From: an uncultured Ruminococcus sp.
GTDB taxonomy: Bacteria; Bacillota; Clostridia; Oscillospirales; CAG-272
Direction: 5' to 3'
Assembly: GCA_964630695.1 (NCBI GenBank)
Contig: CAZVYZ010000001.1
Span: forward strand, 8,816 to 72,815
Length of the DNA: 64,000 nucleotides
A program made the position numbers and the translations under genes. The notes under the pieces are model-generated. The model was given only the letters and a program-made list of their open reading frames with translations. It did no database searches and was not told where the DNA came from. Positions 27,242 through 35,357 of the stretch are shown one piece after another (position 1 is the stretch's first letter; the number at the start of each line of letters is the position of its first letter).

Positions 27242-27565
27242 TTCAGAAATCCCGAAACAGCGTCTTACCGGGAGAGTTTGGTGCGATTTTTCGCCCGTTC
27301 GCATCCGGAATTTTGCTGTTCAAAATCTGTACCTGAGAACCATTTCTTCGGCATCATGCTTTGCAGCATTCATCTCCTGCGCTCAACGGAGCGGGTCTGC
27401 GGCTTTCAGGGACTCTGTAATGCCTCTTTCGGCTTTCAGGCGGTCAAGGATGAGGACAACCGCTGCTCGCACTTCTGCATCGATTTTGGCAAGTTCTGCG
27501 GCAAGTGTGCCGCTTGTCAGCAGAAAAGTATAGGTTCCTCAGCGATGGCGCTTTAGGTATGCCAG

Positions 27566-27955
27566 GTGCAACTGCCCGTATTTTCCGATTGTAATCGGTT
27601 TCTGTTCCGGCAGGGTAAGGAAGCCGCGCGCAAGAAGGCACGTGACGTCGCAGAAAAGTTACGCTCCATGAGGCTGAATGAGGCAGCCAAAAAGGTGGAG
27701 GACGGCATTGAAGAGACCTTGACGTACATGGATTTCCCGTCACAACACAGGCTGAAGATCCGGACAAACAATGTTATTGAACGTATGAATCGTGAAATAC
27801 GACGCAGAACGAGAGTTGTTGGTACATTCCCTGATGGAAAGTCTGCTCTGATGCTGGTCTGCGCCGGACTGCGGTATGTTTCGGGAAAGGAGTGGGGCTC
27901 AAAGCGGTATCTTTGCATGAAATATTTGACTGAAGCTGCGACAGAAGTGGCATAA
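27566..27955 (+). pseudogene. IS256-family (mutator-type) transposase, C-terminal stub
   Basis: AEKLRSMRLNEAAKKVEDGIEETLTYMDFPSQHRLKIRTNNVIERMNREIRRRTRVVGTFPDGKSALMLV matches the IS256 Tnp C-terminus; the N-terminal ~270 aa are absent. Confidence 0.8.
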
Positions 27956-28137
27956 ACACAGCAACTAAATAGCATCTGCCGTCGACGGAGTCAAGGGTCA
28001 AGATGAACGGTCTTGCGACCGCCCTTGACACCGCCGCCGACAGATGCTTTCAGACAATTAAGCGGAGCGTAGTCGCTCCATCGCCGGAGTATCGGCGCAC
28101 TACTTCATTTTATCAGAAACGAATTTGCGAAAAATAC

Positions 28138-28167
28138 TTGACAGTACCCATAAAACCGTGGTATAAT
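28138..28167 (+). promoter_or_regulatory. Sigma-A promoter with extended -10 for the dfx operon
   Basis: TTGACA, 18-nt spacer, TGgTATAAT. Confidence 0.65.
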
Positions 28168-28195
28168 AAATAAAAAGACATAGGAGGTATTTATT

Positions 28196-28579
28196 ATGTG
28201 TGATAACAACAAGTTTTATATTTGTGAGCATTGCGGTAATCTGATCGGTATGATCCACGATGCCGGTGTTCCCATGATGTGTTGCGGACAGAAGATGACT
28301 AAGCTTGAGCCCGGCGTTGTTGAAGCAAGCCACGAGAAGCATATTCCCGTCGTTTCGATTGATGGAAATATCGTTACCGTAACGATCGGCTCGGTTGAGC
28401 ATCCTATGCTTGAAGAGCATCACATTGAATGGGTATATCTTCAGACCGATAAGGGCGGCCAGCGCAAGTGCTTGGAGGTTGGCAAGCCTCCCGTTGTAAC
28501 CTTTGCGCTCTCCGATGAGAAGCCCATCGCTGCATACGAATACTGCAATCTCCACGGCTTGTGGAAGGCAGACATCTGA
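28196..28579 (+). CDS. dfx: Desulfoferrodoxin (superoxide reductase)
   Basis: 127 aa; N-terminal CEHCGN...CCG centre I, HIPV and EHHIEW...C..HGLW centre II. Confidence 0.9.
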   Translation: MCDNNKFYICEHCGNLIGMIHDAGVPMMCCGQKMTKLEPGVVEASHEKHIPVVSIDGNIVTVTIGSVEHPMLEEHHIEWVYLQTDKGGQRKCLEVGKPPVVTFALSDEKPIAAYEYCNLHGLWKADI

Positions 28580-28599
28580 GCTTAGGAGGATTACATATC

Positions 28600-29112
28600 A
28601 TGATGAATGCGAAAGTACGTGATCTTTTGAATCAGCAGATCAACAAGGAGTTTTACTCCGCATATCTTTACCTTGATTTCTCCAACTATTTCGAGGATGC
28701 AGGTCTTGTCGGCTTTGCCAACTGGTATAAGGTTCAGGCTCAGGAGGAGCGCGATCACGCAATGCTGTTCTATCAGTATCTCCAGAACGAGAACCAGAAG
28801 GTTACTCTCGAAGCGATCGCAAAGCCTGACAAGGTGTTCACCTGCCACATGGATGTTCTGAAGGCTGGTCTTGAGCACGAGGAGTACGTTACTTCCTTGA
28901 TCAACGACATTTATGCAGCAGCGTATGAGGTAAAGGATTTCCGCACCATGCAGTTCCTTGACTGGTTCGTTAAGGAGCAGGGCGAAGAGGAAACCAATGC
29001 AAACGATATGATCACCAAGATGGAGCTGTTCGGTGGCGATCCTAAGAGCCTTTATATGCTCAATCAGGAGCTGGCAGCACGTGTTTACACGGCGCCCTCC
29101 TTGGTCCTTTGA
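28600..29112 (+). CDS. ftn: Ferritin
   Basis: 170 aa from MMNAKVRDLLNQQINKEFYSAYLYL; ferroxidase residues in QAQEERDHA; AGGAGGA RBS before the 28600 ATG (the track ORF start 28561 is rejected). Confidence 0.9.
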   Translation: MMNAKVRDLLNQQINKEFYSAYLYLDFSNYFEDAGLVGFANWYKVQAQEERDHAMLFYQYLQNENQKVTLEAIAKPDKVFTCHMDVLKAGLEHEEYVTSLINDIYAAAYEVKDFRTMQFLDWFVKEQGEEETNANDMITKMELFGGDPKSLYMLNQELAARVYTAPSLVL

Positions 29113-29134
29113 TACATAAAGTAGGAGGTAGAAT

Positions 29135-29293
29135 ATGAAATACGTATGTGATGTATGCGGATGGGAATATGACGAGGAGCTCGGCGATCCGGATAACGGC
29201 ATCGAGCCCGGCACGAAGTTTGAGGATCTTCCCGAAAACTTTGAGTGTCCTCTTTGCGGAGTAGGCAAGGATAATTTCTCGAAAGCAGAATAA
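29135..29293 (+). CDS. Rubredoxin
   Basis: 52 aa [52 protein letters not shown] (two CxxCG knuckles); below the ORF-track length cut-off; GGAGG RBS. Confidence 0.9.
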   Translation: MKYVCDVCGWEYDEELGDPDNGIEPGTKFEDLPENFECPLCGVGKDNFSKAE

Positions 29294-29311
29294 TTTTAGT
29301 TTTAAGCTTAG

Positions 29312-29348
29312 GCGGCAGGGAGAAATCTCTGCCGCTTGTCTTTTAGTT
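29312..29348 (+). terminator. Rho-independent terminator of the dfx-ftn-rub operon
   Basis: GCGGCAG..GAG aaat CTCTGCCGC followed by TTGTCTTTT. Confidence 0.7.
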
Positions 29349-29491
29349 TTTTGTTGTGCATATCTTATTTTGTAAACTATTGTTGACGAAAGACGAAAAA
29401 AGTGGCATAATATTTAGAACAAATTTTCTACTTTTTGCGTTATAATAATTAGCAATTGTAAAAGGGGGCAATATGAAAAAACACAGTAAGA

Positions 29492-29908
29492 ATGCTATTC
29501 AATATAAAAGGGGAGCGTCGCTCAAAAAAATCGGAGGTACTATTACGGTCGATAAGCGCGATCCTTTGTTTGGTGTTCGTTCTTGCTGCGTGCGTCGGTT
29601 GCACCTCATATGCTTCATCTGATGAGGTTGCTACACGGAATGCAGAACTTAACGATGCAATTGCTGAACTTGATTCTCTCAAAGAAGGTTACGAAGCGGC
29701 TCAAAAAGAAATGGATGCCTTAAAGCCCGGTTGGGAAGAGGCTCAAAAGGAGTTAGACGCTCTTAAGACAAGCAACGAAACTGCGCAACAGGAAATTACA
29801 TCATTAAAGACCAGTAACTATAATCATAGCAAAATCATCACTTCACCTATAAGTGATGATTTTATTATATTTCGTTTTCACCCGACGTTTTATTGCAGGA
29901 TCTCTTAA
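29492..29908 (+). CDS. Putative lipoprotein with coiled-coil repeats, probably 3'-truncated
   Basis: Lipobox LAACVGC; repeats EAAQKEMDALK/EEAQKELDALK; the ORF tail reads through a terminator hairpin (about 29831-29863) that belongs to the convergent gene. Confidence 0.35.
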   Translation: MLFNIKGERRSKKSEVLLRSISAILCLVFVLAACVGCTSYASSDEVATRNAELNDAIAELDSLKEGYEAAQKEMDALKPGWEEAQKELDALKTSNETAQQEITSLKTSNYNHSKIITSPISDDFIIFRFHPTFYCRIS

Positions 29909-30771
29909 AGTCGAGAACTTTCAATGATGCTTTTTGCAATATTGAACAGCCTTATACATTCCGCTTCAAACGACTTGTCGTCAAGCGCTGCCGATGGCAG
30001 AGTCTCAAGCGAAAAAACACCGTCGAAGCCGACCTCATCCAAGGAACCTAAAAAAGCCTTCCAATCGATAATTCCTTTAGTAGGGAACATATGAGCGTCC
30101 CGATCTCCCGCGTTGTCGTGAACGTGCAATACTTTGATTTCCGTACCCAGCTTGCGGACGGAATCGGAAACGGATAAATCCGGAAATACCGCAACGTGTC
30201 CCGTGTCAAGACAGATTTTAAAATATGGGTCGTTTATCACTTTTATGAATTCAAGGACCTTTGTCGGGGTAGCCATGGAGAAACGGCGAATGGGCATGTT
30301 TTCAAGGCAGATTGTAACGTTCTGTAATCTTGCGTATTCAAGTAATTCGGACATGAACTCAATGTTAAGTTCCCATGTCTTTTGAGCGTTTTCAGTGCCA
30401 TCCTCCTCAACCCCATAAGGCATGATCGGATGCACCACCCAATATTTGCAGCCGAGCAGTCGTGTGGCAAAAATGGATCTCTTCATTTTTGCCATTCTTT
30501 CTCGTCGCAATTCAGCTGTTGAATCCTGTGGCGGCCATCTCCAAGGTCCGTGAACCTGTGAGATCTCAATATTTGCAAGATCAGCGGCTGCCTTTTCTTC
30601 AAGCATTTTTTCCTTCAGCTCCGAATCGTTTAACTTGTATATTTCGATATCAGTATCCGACATATTGTAGTCTACGGCAGAAAAACCGTGCTGTGCTATT
30701 TTTGCAAATTTTTCGTTGCCGAAGCGGGCATATTCGTTGTTATACGGTTGAAGACAAATACCTATTTTCAT
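29905..30771 (-). CDS. Sugar phosphate isomerase/epimerase (xylose-isomerase-like TIM barrel)
   Basis: 288 aa; QVHGPW, CLENMP, LDTGH, HVHDN motifs. Confidence 0.75.
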   Translation of the reverse strand: MKIGICLQPYNNEYARFGNEKFAKIAQHGFSAVDYNMSDTDIEIYKLNDSELKEKMLEEKAAADLANIEISQVHGPWRWPPQDSTAELRRERMAKMKRSIFATRLLGCKYWVVHPIMPYGVEEDGTENAQKTWELNIEFMSELLEYARLQNVTICLENMPIRRFSMATPTKVLEFIKVINDPYFKICLDTGHVAVFPDLSVSDSVRKLGTEIKVLHVHDNAGDRDAHMFPTKGIIDWKAFLGSLDEVGFDGVFSLETLPSAALDDKSFEAECIRLFNIAKSIIESSRL

Positions 30772-30932
30772 GTTTTTCTCAATCTCCTCCTGAAAACTTA
30801 ATATTACAATGTAGAATTATATCATATTTTAAAAATAAAATAAATACCTTTCAGCAATTTTATTTCTCGTTTTATTAAAAATACAAATGAGCAGAAACGG
30901 TATCGCCATAAGAATATTATCGATTAAAGCCT

Positions 30933-31775
30933 TTATCGGTATTGTTGCCTGTATTCGCGCGGGGTAACGGTCATTTCCTTTTTGAAAATCTGGTAGAAAA
31001 ATGCGGGGTCGGAATAGCCTACGATGTTGGCGATTTCCGCTATGGTTTTGTCGGTCTTTTCCAGAAGTTCGCAGGCTTTTTTGATCCGTACCTTCTGCAG
31101 ATAATCGCGGAAGGTCATACCTGTATTTTTTGTAAAGATGATGCTGATGTTGGAAAGACTGAAATTGACATTTTTACAGATCTCGGAAAGAGAAAGTGGC
31201 TGTGCGTAATTGCTGACAACATAGTTCTTGATATAGCTGGTAATGTCTTGTTTGCCGTCATCTGTAATTTCGTTGCGAACAAGATAAATGAGTGCGCAGG
31301 ATAGGTAGGAGCGAAGAATCTCCGTATACTCCCTATAATGTTCATTGTATTCATCAAGCATTTGTTGCATCAGAAACAAGACTTTTTTGTCATTGTCGTG
31401 GTAGATGTTCCGGGTTGGCTCGTTTTCAAACTCATTATTGTTGAAAGAGATCAGGAATTTGTTGATCATGTCGCTGAACTGATGCGTGTGAACCAACGCA
31501 TTGTCCAGAAAACTCGGAAGGAACATACAGTTGATAATAGAAAATTCCTCTCCAATTGACGCAGAGATGTAACTGTGAGTTCGATTTATGTCAATCAGAA
31601 AATAGTCTCCTTCGTTTATCATAACTTTTTTGTTTTCGAAAGTGTGATATGCCCTTCCTTCAAGTACATAAACGAATTCGAAAAAACAGTGGCTGTGCGG
31701 AGGAGTGGAAATGTGGTGGTCGCACAGCTCCAGACAAATGCCGTCCTGCAAGACTTTTTCGGCGCACTGCTCCAT
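30933..31775 (-). CDS. AraC-family transcriptional regulator (cupin sensor plus HTH)
   Basis: C-terminal LSEICKNVNFSLSNISIIFTKNTGMTFRDYL...IAEIANIVGYSDPAFFYQIFKKEMTVTPREYR; start uncertain (ORF open to 31856). Confidence 0.8.
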   Translation of the reverse strand: MEQCAEKVLQDGICLELCDHHISTPPHSHCFFEFVYVLEGRAYHTFENKKVMINEGDYFLIDINRTHSYISASIGEEFSIINCMFLPSFLDNALVHTHQFSDMINKFLISFNNNEFENEPTRNIYHDNDKKVLFLMQQMLDEYNEHYREYTEILRSYLSCALIYLVRNEITDDGKQDITSYIKNYVVSNYAQPLSLSEICKNVNFSLSNISIIFTKNTGMTFRDYLQKVRIKKACELLEKTDKTIAEIANIVGYSDPAFFYQIFKKEMTVTPREYRQQYR

Positions 31776-31899
31776 CTGGCTATCACAAATGATTACGGAT
31801 ATGTAAGTGCCCGTGAATATGCAATGGTAACGAATGATACGGTACGTACCAATCAAACCTATCCTAAGTTTGATTCCTCGCTCCAGATTATGAAGCCGG

Positions 31900-32090
31900 T
31901 GGAAAACAATGTTATCACCGGTCGTGAAAATTCAGTTGATCACATAACACTTTATAACCATGATTCCCTAAGCGTTAGACTGTTCGGTATAGTTGTTGAC
32001 GATTGCACACTGTCCGCTTCCGACCATTTGCCTATATTTATGGATTTCTCTTTTGGAGAGCCAGAGGGAGATTGGTCTGAATTTTATTGA
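31900..32090 (+). pseudogene. Endonuclease/exonuclease/phosphatase (EEP) family, C-terminal stub
   Basis: SVDHITLYNHDSLSVRLFGIVVDDCTLSASDHLPIFMDF parallels the C-terminus of the intact EEP gene (SVDHILFP...SLATSDHFPVFADF). Confidence 0.65.
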
Positions 32091-32111
32091 TACTCAAGGG
32101 AATACATAAAA

Positions 32112-33320
32112 ATGCAAATTACTTTGGAAAATGAAAAGGTTGGATTTAAACTTTCGTACAGAAAAGAGGACGGATACGAATCAAAAAGACTGACCGTCAT
32201 GCTGTACGATATGTTGAGTCGTTCCAAGAGAACCGAAGAGATACTGAATGGATACTTTATCCGCGTTATTCGAGAGAGTGAAGATCAGACAAATGTTTCT
32301 CCTGCATGCCGTATCAATGTTGATGGGAAGAACATTGATGTTATTGTAGGCGGTATACTCGCAGACGAGACGGCTTTGAAGTATTTTGACAATGTGCTTC
32401 GGAACGGAGAGATTTATTCTGCCGAATTGAGAGGTGATGAGGAGAGCGGCGGTGCAAATGTCTATGCGTTTAAGCGCCGTGGAAATCACAGAATTATGTA
32501 TTACAATATTCTGTGGGATTCCGATCCTTCCCATGCCCCCGGAGAGCGGAATATTATGACTGCAGACATCGTGCGAGAGTTTTCTCCGGAGGTCGTTGGA
32601 TTTCAGGAATGCGGCAGATTTAAAAGAAAACATCTCTACTTCAACGACATCGTAACGCAGATGGAGCGTGTAGGATACCGTGAGGCACCAATTTCAGACG
32701 TGAAAAACAGTTTTCACGATTGCAACTGTACACCGCTCTTTTACAAGGTGTCTGAGGTGAACTTCATTGAGGGAGCGTACCATTGGTATTCGATGCAAAC
32801 TCCCGGTCTTGGAGAAGGTGATGCTTCGTCGAAGTCATTGTCCTGGGGCGTCTTCGAATCAAAAAAGACAGGAGAACGCTTCATAGTAGTGACGACTCAT
32901 TTGTGCACCCAGGTGGAGGATATCCGTGAGCAACAGGCAAAAGAAGCGATAAAACTGTTTGAAGACCTTCATGAACGTTACGGGTTGCCTATAGTTTTGG
33001 GAGGAGATCTCAACTCCAATCACCACGACAAGGGGTACCGTTGTTTCAGAGACTTTGGAAGATATGACAGTGCGGCGGGTTTGGCAAGTGAATATGTTTC
33101 ACCCGAACAGACTTTTCACCCGTATCCGGAATTCTGCCCCGAATTGGGATTGTGTATGCCGGGCGATGGCGTATGGTATGAAACCGAAAAAAGCGTTGAC
33201 CATATTCTGTTCCCGCTGAGAACAGATTCGCTTGATGTAAAAGTGTTTGGCGTTGTTGTAAATTCTCATTCTCTTGCAACCTCGGATCATTTTCCGGTAT
33301 TTGCAGACTTTAATTTTTAA
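32112..33320 (+). CDS. EEP-family phosphodiesterase/nuclease-fold protein with unknown N-domain
   Basis: 402 aa; VVGFQE, TTHL, GGDLNS and SDHFPV motifs of the EEP fold. Confidence 0.7.
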   Translation: MQITLENEKVGFKLSYRKEDGYESKRLTVMLYDMLSRSKRTEEILNGYFIRVIRESEDQTNVSPACRINVDGKNIDVIVGGILADETALKYFDNVLRNGEIYSAELRGDEESGGANVYAFKRRGNHRIMYYNILWDSDPSHAPGERNIMTADIVREFSPEVVGFQECGRFKRKHLYFNDIVTQMERVGYREAPISDVKNSFHDCNCTPLFYKVSEVNFIEGAYHWYSMQTPGLGEGDASSKSLSWGVFESKKTGERFIVVTTHLCTQVEDIREQQAKEAIKLFEDLHERYGLPIVLGGDLNSNHHDKGYRCFRDFGRYDSAAGLASEYVSPEQTFHPYPEFCPELGLCMPGDGVWYETEKSVDHILFPLRTDSLDVKVFGVVVNSHSLATSDHFPVFADFNF

Positions 33321-33461
33321 TTCTTCTGACTCGTAAGGACACAACAGTGTCCTTACGAGACTATTTAAATCAATATGGTAATTGTTTGTAATACATAATT
33401 GCGGACGCTTCTTAGTGATGAAATTGTCTGATGATTGTACGCATCAGAAGGAGGGGGAAAA

Positions 33462-34967
33462 ATGAAAAAGTATGTTTTTTGCCTTTGCTTATGTGTATTG
33501 TTCTTATTGCTTCCACTGTTTACGTCGTGCCGCGGTGATGGTGGGGCGGATACAAATACAGAGCCGAATACCACAACAACCGCTGAGGAAACAACAACAT
33601 CAATCAGAAATGACCAGGAGCCTGAGAATATGCCGCACGATGAAAAATTATTGATTTGCGGCGTCAACATTACTTCGTATCGGATCGTATACGGAAGATC
33701 GCCGCTGACTCGCAGGGCTTCCAATACAGGAAAAACCATAGGAGATGACATCGACAGTTTAATGCAGGGAACCGAGACTGCCTGCGATTTCGATTTTCAA
33801 ACAGCAATTCGCCTGCGTGACCTGATCAAGCAGTATTACAACTATGACGTGGAAGTGGTAAATGATTCCGATGCAAAACACGAAAGCAGATATGAGATCC
33901 TGGTAGGCTATACCGATCGCTATGCTTCTTCAGAGGCGAAAAAAGCATTGAAGGATTCAGCAGATCGTTTCAAGGTGGAGCCAAATCCTTATTCAACTTC
34001 CAAGGAAATGACGCAGTACCTGGTTTGCGGCGGATCGTACGGTGCAACCTGGCATGCTGTGGATGAGATCGAGAAATTTTTGAAAGACAATCAGAATTCC
34101 ACAACAACTGATCTTTCTACACTGAAACAGGATAACGGACAGTATGACTTTACAGTAGTGGCATGCGTAGGCGACAGTATCACCCGTGGGTCGCAGGCAT
34201 TTCCTGACGGACCTTATGCAAACAGCACGGGAATTGCGGCAAAATTCGGTCCTATTGCCGCGCCGATCTACCTTGAACAGTACCTTAGTTATCCCGCAAC
34301 CATGCAGAGAGAACTGTGGAAGGATGCGATCGTCTATAATTTCGGTCGCGGCGCATCTACTGCACGCAACTATGGAAACGATCAATACTATGCAGGAAGC
34401 GAGCAATTTAAGAAGTGTCTCGACACATCCAACAGCAATATTGATTTCGATATTGTTTTTCTGATGCACGGAACAAATGATTCCGGCATGGAAGGAGGGG
34501 CACAAAGCTGGAGTGAGTCAAGCAAGGCGAATTTTAAGTCTGAGATCAAAAATCAAATTGATAAGATCCGCGAGGGCTCTCCGAATGCCTCGTTCGTTTT
34601 GAATCTTGTGCCGCACGCATGCAATGAAGTTAGCAGTTCGTCTGAGAGAGAAAATAAAGAAGCGGTCCGCACAATTCAGAAAAGTCTTGCAAAAGATCTC
34701 AAGGATGCAGGCTATCAGATTCGTCTCTTTGATATGGAGACCTTTATGATAGAAAACCTGAGTTCCGATGGCAAGTGCGGAAGCAATCAGACTGACGAGT
34801 GGGCGGCTCACGAAGCCTATTATAACGTCAAAACAGATACCGGTTCACGTGACCCCCTTCATCCGAATTATCGCGGATACGGAATGATGGCACAGGGACT
34901 TATAAAAGTTGTGGATCATCTTGTGAACAACGCTCCGGCGACAAAATATATGATCAGTATAGAATAA
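33462..34967 (+). CDS. SGNH/GDSL hydrolase lipoprotein
   Basis: Lipobox LFTSC; block I VACVGDSITRG, block III LMHGTNDS, block V DPLHPN. Confidence 0.75.
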   Translation: MKKYVFCLCLCVLFLLLPLFTSCRGDGGADTNTEPNTTTTAEETTTSIRNDQEPENMPHDEKLLICGVNITSYRIVYGRSPLTRRASNTGKTIGDDIDSLMQGTETACDFDFQTAIRLRDLIKQYYNYDVEVVNDSDAKHESRYEILVGYTDRYASSEAKKALKDSADRFKVEPNPYSTSKEMTQYLVCGGSYGATWHAVDEIEKFLKDNQNSTTTDLSTLKQDNGQYDFTVVACVGDSITRGSQAFPDGPYANSTGIAAKFGPIAAPIYLEQYLSYPATMQRELWKDAIVYNFGRGASTARNYGNDQYYAGSEQFKKCLDTSNSNIDFDIVFLMHGTNDSGMEGGAQSWSESSKANFKSEIKNQIDKIREGSPNASFVLNLVPHACNEVSSSSERENKEAVRTIQKSLAKDLKDAGYQIRLFDMETFMIENLSSDGKCGSNQTDEWAAHEAYYNVKTDTGSRDPLHPNYRGYGMMAQGLIKVVDHLVNNAPATKYMISIE

Positions 34968-35004
34968 CGCGTGTTCAATCTGTCAAAAGACGGCGGCGAT
35001 ACAG

Positions 35005-35094
35005 TGCAGTTTAACCGGAGTTTGGGTAACTGTTAATTCTCACTCTTTTGCAACCTCAGATCATTTTCCGGTCTTTTCAGATTTTACGCTTTAG
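35005..35094 (+). pseudogene. EEP family, terminal ~25-aa stub
   Basis: ...VNSHSFATSDHFPVFSDFTL* is nearly identical in pattern to the end of the 32112-33320 product. Confidence 0.6.
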
Positions 35095-35357
35095 ATCATC
35101 AACAGATACGAGTGTTTATAACTGATTTTATCTTCGTGTGACAAACAAAAAACAGCAGTGACGACCCCCGAATTTGGGGGCCGGCACTGCCGGTGCCTCG
35201 GGTGACACTGAATGTGGTCCCCGGGGCTTTATAATAATAAAGTTTGTTATACTGTAATAATAATGACGAAAAAATGGCGTGAAGAATAAATAAAGCACAA
35301 ACAATAGATAACCAAGAAATTGTTAAATGAAAGAATATAAAATATTAGGTGGTTAAA

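Noticed and set aside
27243-27565. Minus-strand 51-codon ORF (..LTSGTLAAELAKIDAEVRAAVVLILDRLKAERGITESLKAADPLR) between the helicase gene and the IS256 stub
   Set aside because: It has no start context and no recognisable family. It is probably a fragment of a destroyed gene and cannot be supported as a feature.
28561-28599. Ferritin start at 28561 as given in the ORF track
   Set aside because: The AGGAGGA RBS sits at 28584-28590, and the ATG at 28600 gives the canonical ferritin N-terminus. The extension overlaps the end of dfx.
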